A stretch of DNA of 63,704 nt, filler included, from Octopus bimaculoides (GCF_001194135.2; 4 parts of 3 records of this genome joined end to end with filler, not necessarily neighbours in it), one strand, 5' to 3'. Positions 12,216 to 23,202 are shown, counted from the whole stretch's first letter. The notes: generated by a model from the sequence alone, not told the origin. Program-made: numbers and translations.

Positions 12216-12709
12216 GATATAAAATGCAAAGATGTGTTGTTAAGAAGTTAACTTTACAACCATGTAGTTTTTTTGGTTCAGTCCCCACCACATTTGAGCA
12301 ATTGTCTTCTACCTTGTGTCTTTCAAGGTATTGTGAGTGAAATGTGTGGAAGCCTTTAGTGATAGATTTATGTTCACACCACCAAAATCTGGACCTTTTG
12401 GCACCTTTATCAGAGTCATACTGTTGTAAGAATCAGGCCAAGACTCCAGTCCTTTCTTCTTTCAATCAATCTCAAGAGCAGTGAGAAGTTTCATGGGCAC
12501 CGCCCTTCTGTGACTAAGCAACAGAAAAAAGTTACTTGCCTGTAATCCACTACTCTTTAAAACACATATTTTCCTGTGATTATTACATACACAATGATGA
12601 TGATGGACTGCCAGAGTCATCAGATCATCAGGCACATTGTCATGTAGTTACAAATCTTTACATTCTGATTTCAAATCTCACTGAAGTCCTCGTTTTTCTT
12701 TTTTAACTC

Positions 12710-12905
12710 ACTGAGCTAGCAAAATTGTTAAAATTGCTCAACAAAATGCTTTGTGGCAATTCGTCTGTCTTTATGTTCTGAGTTCAAATATTGCCATGGT
12801 CGACCTTGCCTTTCATCCTTTCGGGGTCAATGAAATAAGTAGCAGTTGCACACTGAGGTCGATGTAATGGACTTTCCAAAATATCAAGCCTTGTACCTAT
12901 AATAG
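12710..12905 (+). mobile_element. SINE family C
   Basis: TTCTGAGTTCAAAT..TGCCATGGTCGACCTTGCCTTTCATCCTTTCGGGGTCAATGAAATAAGTA. Confidence 0.75.
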
Positions 12906-13660
12906 AAAGGCTTATTGCATACACAATGGCACAGAAAATGCTAATTTTTCCATGTTACTGTGATTGTAATAATAACAAGAATGGTTAAACATGTAGGATT
13001 AACTGACCGTAAAAGACTTGGGAAAATATGAATGTTCTTTGACTATCAAAATATTGGTGATTTTGAATTTTAAATTGTGTTAAAATAGATAGATAAATAA
13101 AATGGAAGTGATAGAAAGAAAGCCAAGAATTCAACTCATCATATCTTGGCACCATTCTGTGTTTATGGCCAAAGTATTTAACTTTCAATAACCCAGTCTA
13201 CCTAACTGTAAATTGCTATTGACTCACTACTGTCAATTACAGCAGAAACACTGTAAAATTAATAACTGCTTAGTTAGTTTGTTATGCTAAGTTCAACATT
13301 TTGAGTGCAGCTTGAGATGAATTCAACCCAACTGAATTATATACCGCTGATACACTATTTGCAGGATAGGGATGGTAGCAAAATGCCAGGCATACTCACA
13401 AGGGGTGGGGATCAGAATATAAATAGGATGGTTGAGTAAGAGATAGATAGATGGTGGCAAGCACTAGGGCATACCCTTATGGCTTGAAGGTCATAATAGG
13501 TGGCAAGACATTGCCAAAAATGCTTAAGTAGAGAGTGAAGAAGAGGAATGCAGTGAATGGTGAAAACCTGGGTATACAGAGGTGGGTGGGGCTATCGGAT
13601 AGCATTGATACAGAGAAACTGGGCCATGAGGACAGGATTGGGGAGAGGTAACACACAGCA

Positions 13661-14340
13661 CTTCTAGAACTCAGTTTTGCTGAATCTCATAGAACCTCCG
13701 TGAGGCCCAACATTCTAAGATCGGTCCTTACCACTTCATCCCACATCTTCCTGGGTCTCCCTCTGCCACAGGTACCATCCACTGTCAGTGATCGGCACGT
13801 CTTTATGCAGCTGTTCTTATTCATATGCATCACATGTCCAAACCAACATAGTCTTCTCTCATGCATGCTACATTTGATTCCTCTTATGCTTAACTTTTCT
13901 CTCAATACATTTGCACTTGGCTGCACTGATGTTGCACATCCAACAGAGCATACTGCCTTCATTTCTCTCCAGTCTATTCATGTCTTCTACATTCAGAGCC
14001 CATATCTCACTACCGTGGAGTATAGCCATTTGCAACACAAGTGTCATACAGTCTACCTTTCACTCTGAGAGAGAGTCCTTTTGTTACCAACAGAATAGCC
14101 CTCTGAACTTCCTCCACCCTATTCTTATTCTAAAAACAATACTTTCAGAGCATCCTGCACCATTGCTAATTTGGTCACCTAGGTAACAGAAACTATCTAC
14201 AACCTCAAGAGAGCCTCCTGGGCATTTGAGAGAATCTAAGTTCAGTGTGCTCTTAGTGCTTATTTTTCCTGCACATGTGCTACATACAAAGACAACTCTA
14301 TCTGTTAATCTACCTGTGATTCCACTGCACATTGATGGCT
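13661..14340 (-). mobile_element. RTE-clade LINE ORF C-terminal third, frameshifted
   Basis: LEVVDSFCYLGDQIS...ESIVFRIRIGWRKFR and LREKLSIRGI...ERRLCWFGHVMHM...GRGRPRKMWDEVV are characteristic RTE post-RT motifs. Confidence 0.88.
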
Positions 14341-15283
14341 TATTTAGATTATTAATTAGATTTTGAAGAGTTAAATGCTTTTTTTTAAACATTAATACAA
14401 TAAACGTTTTGCTGTTTCTAATCTGTAAAAAAGTCTGGAACCATAAGGTGCTTTTAATTTCTTATTTTATAGCATTTAGTGAAAAAAAGATACATCTCCA
14501 TGTGAGTTATGTAAATAAAGTGTCCTTCTGTAAAGACAAAACATTTGCAGAAGATTTTTGTCAAAGCTGTGTTGGAATTTATGCTATTAATGTGAGCTAA
14601 AACAGCAGAAGACTAGTAGCACTGGTGGCATGCTGGGCTAAATATTTTTGAATATTCTAACTCGTCTCTTCTTTCTGAGATTAAATCGTGCTTGGTTCAA
14701 CTTTGCTTTTAATTCTTTAGTCCTGAGAATGTAGGTACTAGTCAAGTAAGGGTAAATTCATTTGGCTTATATTTTCCTTACAAATTTTAGACCTCATGCT
14801 TATATAATTAAGTTTGGCATTGATGAACGTCTACTACTACTTGTGCAAGATAATATCTGCTGCGTGTTTCAATTACGTATTGATAAAGAGATATGGGCAT
14901 TGAATGTGGAATCCTGATGGATTTTGAAAAGAATGAATTGCGATGTTGTTCAACGAAATGCAACATTAACGAGTAAGGGAAAGGTGGACAAGTGAACCGA
15001 GAAAATGACCGAGTTTTAATAGGCATTAGCCATTATATGCAGGGGAGACAACTGTGTTGCTTATGACCGTAATGTGAATGGTTGGTGTTTATCTCTGGGT
15101 GAGCAGGTGATAGATGATAGATGCTTTTGCATTGACTTGTTAAATAATTACTTTCACTCATGAATGGACATTAATGATGACGTTGACAACTGAAATTTAC
15201 ATCAGTTTATTAACTTTCTGCTTGATATACACAGATTCAAATTATTGTATTTCTTTTCATTTCTTTTTTCTCTTGGCTTGCAG

Positions 15284-15310
15284 GGTCACATAAACCATAT
15301 ATTGAGGTGA
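15284..15310 (+). CDS. C10orf143: Terminal coding exon GHINHILR* of C10orf143-like protein
   Basis: Strong pyrimidine tract + TTGCAG acceptor ending 15283; phase 0; completes SCIMCAAGDS-GHINHILR*; TGA at 15308-15310; AATAAA hexamers downstream at 15787 and 16209. Confidence 0.78.
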   Translation, partial: GHINHILR

Positions 15311-15663
15311 TATGTCCCAATGATGAGAAAATCTACAAGAATCCTCATAGCTACAACTTTTACATGAAGGACTGGTCCTTCTCTTTTCTTTTTTTTTTCT
15401 TTTTTTTTTTATACTTTTTCATAACTGACTCCTATGTCAAACTGAAGAGGAAAGCAACATCAAAAAAAAAAAAANNNNNNNNNNNNNNNNNNNNNNNNNN
15501 NNNNNNNNNNNNNNNNNNNNNNNNNNNNNNNNNNNNNNNNNNNNNNNNNNNNNNNNNNNNNNNNNNNNNNNNNNNNNNNNNNNNNNNNNNNNNNNNNNNN
15601 NNNNNNNNNNNNNNNNNNNNNNNNNNNNNNNNNNNNNNNNNNNNNNNNNNNNNNNNNNNNNNN

Positions 15664-15705
<42 letters not shown>

Positions 15706-16808
15706 ATCTTATTTTACAATTTTTTCATAAATATTTATCTCCTAATTCTGCAATATATTATAGAAACAGGAACATCTAAAACAAATAATAAAGAATGTGA
15801 CAATTTCCATTAATTATCATTTTGTAAATGATATCTTGATCATTATTCTTTTTTAATAAGATCATCATCATTTTAGTTATGAATGTTACAGCTACAGTGC
15901 TTGATTCTCATTAAAAAAATTAGCTCCACACAAAAATTCGATTCTTGAGTTACAACCACTTACTTTCATTAATGTTGTTAATATCCTTGAGAAACACAAA
16001 TATCACAACTTCTCATTACTTTTCTATAAATTTGAAGTTTCATATATGGAAAACTCATCTTTAAGTGTTTAATCAAGTTAAAATATGAAAGACTTGTGAT
16101 TTTGCCTTTTTTTTAAATTTCTTTTTGCTGTCATTTTTTTTTATTGGTTCATATACTGACATTTTGAAGAAATCAAAATGAGAAATACAATTTTTTAAAT
16201 ATTTTTATAATAAAGTTACTCGTTGATGATAACCTGAATATCAGTATTTTCTTGTTTACATACAAACTGAGAATTGTTATTGTTATTATTATGTTGTTCT
16301 CTACATTAACAGTACCAGAACAGAGATTGTGCTGATAAGATGCTCTCTAAGGGGTTGGTTTATATAAGCTAGAGAGGTTTGTCTAAAGTAATCTAATAGG
16401 TAATGAAACTTCAAGCTAATACTTTCTAATATTGTAATATTCCTGCTACTTGTGACTTGGAGTTGTACCCTTTTAACAACTAGGTAGAATTAATGTAAGA
16501 TAAAGATCTTGACCTTGAACACAATTTAGTGCCAGTGAAGGGATCTAAGCCATTTTCACTTTAACCAGCTGCATAATAATTACATGATAAACTTATCTCT
16601 ATGAAGTGCTATGTGTATTTATGCTTTATCAAAGATAATGTACCTGAAACATTTAGCAAGTTACATGATTTTGCATTTCATCAGTGATATCTTATCACTT
16701 GAAATGGGTCTACTATTATGAGGGCAATTGCATCAGTCTTAAATCTCAAGATAGTATGTTGTACAATAAAAATGGCTTGGTCATAATAAAATTGCCTATT
16801 GGATAATA

Positions 16809-17232
16809 CGAAATACGAAAACAGATGAGTTCAATACGCAAACAACGAGAGAAACAAATGGAAAACAGGACAAGTAACCCAAAGAACAACCCTTCATCAG
16901 TTGTCGGCTGTCTAGTTACTCCTCATTTCGAGCATTGAACGACAATATGAGTCTTCAAAGACAGTTGCTCCCCATAAGTACCAAAATAAAATTTGGGATT
17001 TATGGAGGGTCAAAGTTGGGAACAAAAAGAGGACAGTGGAGACATACAAGGAAGACAAACATGGAGGGTTGTTAGACTAGAACGAGGATAAAATAGCGAA
17101 TGCTGGAGAAATATTTTCTTTGACAAGAGAAAAGCTAGAAGAGAGAAGAAGGGTCATTCTTTGTGTTACTTGTCTTGTTTTCTATTTGTTCTCGTTGTTT
17201 GTGTATTGAACTCATTTGTTGCCGTATTTCAT
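16809..17232. mobile_element. Element bounded by inverted repeats of about 85 bp (possible inverted Penelope pseudo-LTR pair or MITE)
   Basis: 16809-16895 and 17148-17232 are reverse complements with scattered mismatches (GAAATACG..AACA.ATGAGTTCAATAC.CAAACAACGAGA..ACAAAT.GAAAACA.GACAAGTAAC.CAAAGAA..ACCCTTC). Family assignment is inference. Confidence 0.7.
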
Positions 17233-17479
17233 GTTGTTTGCTGTTGGTGACGTCCTGTACCCACATATGCATATGTGTGTGTATATATATTACAAGCTTA
17301 CTTGCTAATTGTGACACCAGCACTTGTTTTGGTACTGGTGGGAAAATGAGTCACCGCTATCTGTAGTGGTCAAAACAGAAAATCCATGTTTAAGTGGGGA
17401 TAAATATTACCTCTTGAGATATATATNNNNNNNNNNNNNNNNNNNNNNNNNNNNNNNNNNNNNNNNNNNNNNNNNNNNN

Positions 17480-17526
<47 letters not shown>

Positions 17527-18029
17527 TGGTTTGGTTTGCAGCAACCAAATTAAAAAAAAACACAGTATGTGAGTTCTTGGTAAACCATTTCCATCAGTTG
17601 TAGCTATTTCACTTTAAAAATATCTCTAATGTCTTTTAGAAATGCAGTATCTTTTCCTTCATTTCATATACTGCTAATGTTCTCCAGCTGAAGATGAATG
17701 TCACTCATTTCTCACTGCCATCATTTATAAATTTGTGATTTTTTTTTTAACTGAGTAAAAAGTCTAGTATTTTCGTCACCTGTTACATATACTTGATAAT
17801 CCTTAATAAAATTAAAATGTCAGTCAAACTGTGCCACAAAATCCAAAATATAACCTAGGAATTCTTTCTAATAGACATTTAACAATTTGACTGACTATTC
17901 CTATTTCACCTGAGATATTCTTTAATTTACATTTGTTGACCATCAAAACCATTTTAATTATAATTCTATAGATTGACACAAAACCATTATTATTTTTTTT
18001 TTTTTTTTTTGGAGTATGTGTGTGTGTGT

Positions 18030-18589
18030 GACCTTTGGAAATGTGGTGTGCGTGAGAAGACCCGGCAAGCCAAGTGAGACCTAAATCCAAGGCCTCTTCC
18101 AGGATGCGTATCTTCCTACATTGGACACTAAACTCCGCTTGTGAAAACCTGTTGAGGCAAGGGAAATCAAACTAATTTCGACGGCTGGCACCCATGCCAA
18201 CATTGTCTCCTTCATTGGACATGGAACTCGGCTTGCAAAGACCTGTTGAGGCAAGCAAAAGCGAAGCGAAAACGTGATGGCACGTGTAAAGACATTCGAG
18301 TGAGATCGTTACCAGTGCCGCTGGACTGGCTCCTGTGCAGGTGGCACGTAAAAGACACCATTTCGAGCATGGCCATTGCCAGTACCGCTTGACTGGCCTT
18401 CGTGCCGGTGGCATGTAAAAGCACCCACTACACTCTCGGAGTGGTTGGCGTTAGGAAGGGCATCCAGCTGTAGAAACTCTGCCAAATCAGATTGGAGCCT
18501 GGTGTAGCCACCTGGTTCACCAGTCCTCAGTCAAATCGTCCAACCCATGCTAGCATGGAAAGCGGACGCTAAACGACGACGATGATGAT
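18030..18589 (+). mobile_element. 5'-truncated RTE LINE: last codons DLWKCGVREKTRQAK*, full 3' UTR with two internal duplications, (GAC/GAT)n tail
   Basis: TGA at 18075-18077; CATTGGACA...ACCTGTTGAGGCAAG twice; CCAGT.CCGCT.GACTGGC...GGTGGCA.GTAAAAG twice; RTE tail motif GGCGTTAGGAAGGGCATCCAGCTGTAGAAAC. Confidence 0.85.
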
Positions 18590-18717
18590 ATATATATATA
18601 CAATTTAAAAATAGGATAAAATCTTTTATAAGAATTTATCAAGTAGTTAGCGTGAAAAACCTTATGATGAAAAAAATGTATTAATTTGAAACACATAAAT
18701 AAATAAATATATATATA

Positions 18718-18918
18718 TCATCATCATCGTTTAACGTCCGCTTTCCATGCTAGCATGGGTTGGACGATTTGACTGAGGACTGGTGAAACCGGATGGCAAC
18801 ACCAGGCTCCAGTCTGATTTGGCAGAGTTTCTACAGCTGGATGCCCTTCCTAACGCCAACCACTCAGAGAGTGTAGTGGGTGCTTTTACGTGTCACCCGC
18901 ACGAAAACGGCCACGCTC
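18718..18918 (-). mobile_element. RTE 3'-UTR fragment in inverted orientation to 18420-18589
   Basis: Reverse complement of the adjacent copy over about 170 bp with few differences. Confidence 0.88.
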
Positions 18919-18930
18919 ATATATATATAT

Positions 18931-19091
18931 ATTAAGGGCATTACTATACATAAATGCTTCACACTAGGAGGGACTCTTAAAGTCAAAACTACCATAATAA
19001 ACACATTGTACCGATGTACGATGTGTTTATTATGGTAGTTTTGACTTTAAGAGTCCCTCCTAGCGTGAGGCATTTATGTATAGTAATGCCC

Positions 19092-19096
<5 letters not shown>
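18931..19096. repeat. Near-perfect palindrome (81-bp arms, 4-nt loop) in a (TA)n tract; fold-back/MITE-like
   Basis: Arms 18931-19011 and 19016-19096 differ at 3 positions; loop CGAT; flanked by (AT)n on both sides. Confidence 0.93.
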
Positions 19097-19122
<26 letters not shown>

Positions 19123-21109
19123 CTGTGTGTATTTGAAACCAAAGGAATGATAGAAAAAGTAAACTTTGACAGGTATTGAACTCAGAGCACTGAGGTAAGA
19201 GAAGAATTAATATAAAACCTTTAGTCTAGCGCTCTACCATTTCTTCCATTCCACTGCTCTGAATTACAATAAGCTGCTTTATTAGAAGCCTGTTGATTCT
19301 AGCATATATTACATTTTGGAAATAGAAGTGCTGAAAATGTGTTATGGTAACTTCTTGGCATGTCTCAGTCTGCAACTGTTTCTATTTTCAGTTACCTATT
19401 CTGCTAATGTCATGGAGGAATGATATGATCATCACAACTTCCTATTTGTCATTCTTTGAATAAAATTCTGTTTTGTTATTTTTTTAAGATAAATATGTAA
19501 ATGTTTGTCGTTTGTCCTTTTAATTATTTTATATTACTTTTTCTCTAGCTTGTGTTATTGATTTTGCAAATTGGCAGAACAAGTAACTTCAAAGAATCAT
19601 GCTCGTCCTATGATCAATGAAATGGGAATAAAATCTTTCAGCCAAGCAGTCTGAGGTTAGCACAGTTATGTAGATTGACTAAGAATACAATACAATGTTT
19701 CTAATTAGATTAGCATTTTGTAATTAAAAAAAAATATGATATAGAACAAATTAAGTCCAATTATCATCATTATCACAAATCCTTTAAACAGGAAGGGATC
19801 TTAGGGTTTACTCCTGAATACACTTTTTGTCTGAAGTATCTATTGAATAATTTCATTCTACATTTGACAGATGTTCAGCATCAATAATGATTACATTAAG
19901 TTATTGCAGATTTATTTCAGCACCCTGTTATATACTTTCCATTTTTGTTATGTGAGATACGTGACTAGATTACATAACAACCGAGAAAGTCTAATTTAAT
20001 TCACTTAGAAAACTCTTATATAACAACTGGAGTTTTTTATAAATTGAGTAGTGACATCAGCAGAAATCTAGTCAATTATATTATATGCTAACAACTGCTG
20101 GTTGTTTGAAGGATGATATCACCACAGATCTGTCCAGTTAGATTTGCTGAGAAGCATATAAAGGAAACTAATTCTGAAAAGAAGACAGAGCTTCACAGGC
20201 AGCAGCGTGAATGTCAGGGGTTTAGTGTTGTAAGCTATAGAGTATAATAGCTGGTGAATTCTTACATTTAGCAGAGTTTCCACAGTTATGATTGTCAAAA
20301 TGCTGTGTTGTAAAAAGAACCATCTGCACTAACGCTAGCACAGGCATATTCTTGTTTTTGTTTTTTCTTAAAACCCTCTACTGCTATGAAGAGAACTAAC
20401 TGATATTACTTTTTCTTTTCTTGGAACTGTTGCATTCCATACAAACTTTTAACAATAAAATAGATTATGAATTGAAAACACACAAGTTCTCTTTATTGTT
20501 AGATCCACTTATTCATTTTTGTAACTAGATGATTCTATTCCAGCTTATTTTTGGCAAAGCTGCAATCTACAGAAAAGCAATATATTATTCAAGCATTTTA
20601 TGATTACCTTTTTAAAAGAAGAAAATGAAGAAATTGTATCATAAATTTCATTCACCTTGTGAGGGACAGTACAAAATATACAAATATATATATATATTTT
20701 AGGGTACAAAAATTGAGTTAAGGATGTTGATTTATTGGATCCAAAACTCCAAAGAGTACAGAAGAACAGACAACTCTGAAGCACAACTTGTGCTACTAAA
20801 ATTCATTTCTTTGAGTTCTGTGGATTTCATCAATCCAGAAACTTTACATTCATCTTCTTTTGGGTGGTATGGCAGAAGTTTTTCAAATAAATTGAAAAAA
20901 AAAAAAGAAAGGAAAAACAGCTGCTGTTATCAGAAATCACATTACACCTTCTTCATCAGGTGGAAAAAGCAAGATGTAGGTGTATACTTCTTCACAAGAT
21001 CCTAATGCTGATTCATGACTATGAAGGTTAGAAGTATGAGAACATGAAACTTCAGTTTTCTTGGGAGTGATTTTCTTGTTACAATCATTGATTGACTGAA
21101 AGATATTCT

Positions 21110-21350
21110 CCATGACCAGCAACATTCACTGCAACAGCCACCCCACCTCACAGGGTACATTTCTCAGATAGGCCGTTACCCCAATTTTGCAGAGGGGATC
21201 AACAGTGCAGGGTCCAAGAACACCTGCAGTTTTGACAGCAACCTGTACAAAAAGTAGCAGCCAGTCAGACTCCTGTATTTGTTCAGTTTCCTTTCCTCTG
21301 CATTAAGTGTGGAAGATACCCAGGTCTGTTGTTGATGCAGCAAGGCTGGA
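21110..21350 (-). mobile_element. Decayed C-terminal restriction-like endonuclease fragment of a CRE-like non-LTR retrotransposon
   Basis: With one frameshift reads AEERKLNKYRSLTGCYF/..VAVKTAGVLGPCTVDPLCKIG...EVGWLLQ*, matching the AE..K..KY...F.PVAVET.G..GP....WL.QR pattern of RLE elements. Confidence 0.7.
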
Positions 21351-21735
21351 GTAATAATAATAATAATAATGCACATGTAACTCCCTCCCCGCCATGTTCA
21401 GCTTCTTAATTTCCCTCTCCCAGCTACTGCTTAATTCGCCCTTTTTTTTTTCTTTTCCTTTGTGAGGTAGTTATGGGTTGTTTTCTCTATAGTTTGATAA
21501 TTTATGCTTTTAATGGCCTTTCCCCCCACCTTTTTCTTCCGGTGAAAACATGCTGTTAGTACAATACAATATGTAAGTTAAAAAAGAAAATAACAAAAGA
21601 TTGAGTTTCAAATAAACGGAGGGGGAGTAAGAGAAAGGAAGGGAGAGGGTGAGACAGCAAATTAACAAACATCGGTCATATGCTGGCTAGTTGCAGCAAG
21701 TTACTGAATCCGAAATCTGGGTCTGTGCAATAATT

Positions 21736-21763
21736 ATGTCGTCGCAAGAATCATGTGTTGCTG
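21736..21763 (+). CDS. Candidate first coding exon MSSQESCVA(G) of an unidentified gene
   Basis: ATG followed by 9 open codons and a consensus CTG|GTAAGT donor at 21764 in a CpG-retaining, promoter-like zone; no matching downstream exon found. Confidence 0.25.
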
Positions 21764-21939
21764 GTAAGTCTATAATATTATCTGTTATCTACATGAAAAA
21801 TTTTGATGTAAGTTGCTTTTAATTTTGTGTGAGTTGGGCGATGTATTTTTCAGTATCAAACACTTCGCCTCTCAGATAGTTGCATATTTATTCTATCCAT
21901 ACCACCTCTATATTTATTCTCTGTCCTGCTGGCTTGTTT

Positions 21940-22077
21940 TCAATTAAGTTGTGATTTGTGTTGAAGTTTGGTCGGATCTGTGAATCGAACTTGTGGAAGA
22001 AATTCGCTGACACCCAACAATTTCCAGGTAACCTGTCCGTAAGGGATGTTCACGATTGGAGCGCTTTTTAACACAGA
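21940..22077 (-). CDS. Candidate terminal exon SVLKSAPIVNIPYGQVTWKLLGVSEFLPQVRFTDPTKLQHKSQLN* of an unidentified gene or ncRNA exon
   Basis: Long pyrimidine tract + CCTATCCAG acceptor on the minus strand; in phase with a 34-nt candidate exon at 22320-22353. Confidence 0.28.
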   Translation of the reverse strand, partial: SVLKSAPIVNIPYGQVTWKLLGVSEFLPQVRFTDPTKLQHKSQLN

Positions 22078-22319
22078 CTGGATAGGTATAGTTGAAATGT
22101 TAAAAAGACAAAAAAAAAAAGACAAACAGAATTGTCACGATTGGAATACTTTTCAACAGACACATGTCTGCATGCGCAAGAATGAACCTTTATTTCCTAT
22201 TTCGGTGCCAAATATGCGGGACATCTTGTAATTTTATTTCTTAAATTCTACGAAGTAGTAAAAAAGGACCGCGTTATTTCGAAGAAATTTAGGGAGGAAT
22301 GTATAAAAATATGACTTAC

Positions 22320-22353
22320 TTGAAATACCAAAACGGACACGAAATATTGTTTA
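22320..22353 (-). CDS. Candidate 34-nt internal exon (KQYFVSVLVFQ)
   Basis: Minus strand: poly-T tract + CTATAG acceptor and CAA|GTAAGT donor; a 242-nt GT-AG intron joins it in frame to 21940-22077. Confidence 0.28.
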
Positions 22354-22546
22354 CTATAGGGAGCAAAAAAAGAAAAAAAACTTTCATTTTTAAAGTATGT
22401 GTATTACGAGGATGTATGAGAGAAAGGGGTTAGTATTTAATTTAAAATATCAAAATCCATTTTAATACGTAATAATGTGTAAGATCCAGCAATGTTTTTA
22501 TTCTTAATGTGCGTTATGAGATGAAAACCCTTCCAAAACAAGAGTC

Positions 22547-22646
22547 AACAGAAATTAGGAACTTTCTGTTAGCAACCACTGCAGTACCACCTCTGTGGTT
22601 GCAGTATTTCGATATAATCGAAATATCGCCTTAATTCCGAATTAAG
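22547..22646. other. Four consecutive short stem-loops
   Basis: AACAGAAA/TTTCTGTT, GCAACCAC/GTGGTTGC, TATTTCGAT/ATCGAAATA, CTTAATT/AATTAAG separated by only 1-4 nt. Confidence 0.75.
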
Positions 22647-23202
22647 ATGTTATCACCTTTTATGTCTTTTTAGTACTTATATTGGTACTATGTAATGTTT
22701 TTTCTTTTTTTTTTTTTGTCCTAAACAAAAACTGTAACGTTAAAAGTTTTTTTTTTAAAACTTTAATTAGCTGTCTATTTATTCAGATTATTTAACAGTT
22801 ACATTTATAACACATATGTATATGATACAAACCACATTAAAATACAAACATGAGCGAGGAAAGAAAAAAAGAAAAAGAGGATGAAAAAATATCAGTTTAA
22901 TACTAAGTCCTTCAATTGGTCGCACACAACAATGCACGTGTATTTATTTGTTTATGTTTCGGAAGAAGATCGTCGCTTTCCCTAAAATTTTTTATATATG
23001 TGAGGTGGGGTGGGGGTAGGGGATCTTTTCAAGTCGGCGTAAAAGCGAAAGAGACAGAGAGAGCGCGATTGGATCAGCGAAGTTCTTTTGAAGTTGGTAT
23101 GCCGTGTGTGTATGTTTGATGGGGTGTGCGAGACAAAATATGGTGTGTATCTGAAGTTCTTTTGTTAGTGTATGTGATGAGGCAGAGAGAGCAATGATGC
23201 TG

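Noticed and set aside
16900-16990. Hammerhead-like string on the minus strand (..TGAAGACTCATATTGTCGTTCAATGCTCGAAA..)
   Set aside because: No CUGANGA core and no convincing stems I/III.
20740-21100. Protein-like minus-strand frames (KKITPKKTEVSCSHT.., LLPYHPKEDECKVSG..)
   Set aside because: Different frames, no consistent splice sites, no recognisable motif; cannot be distinguished from decayed repeat or chance.
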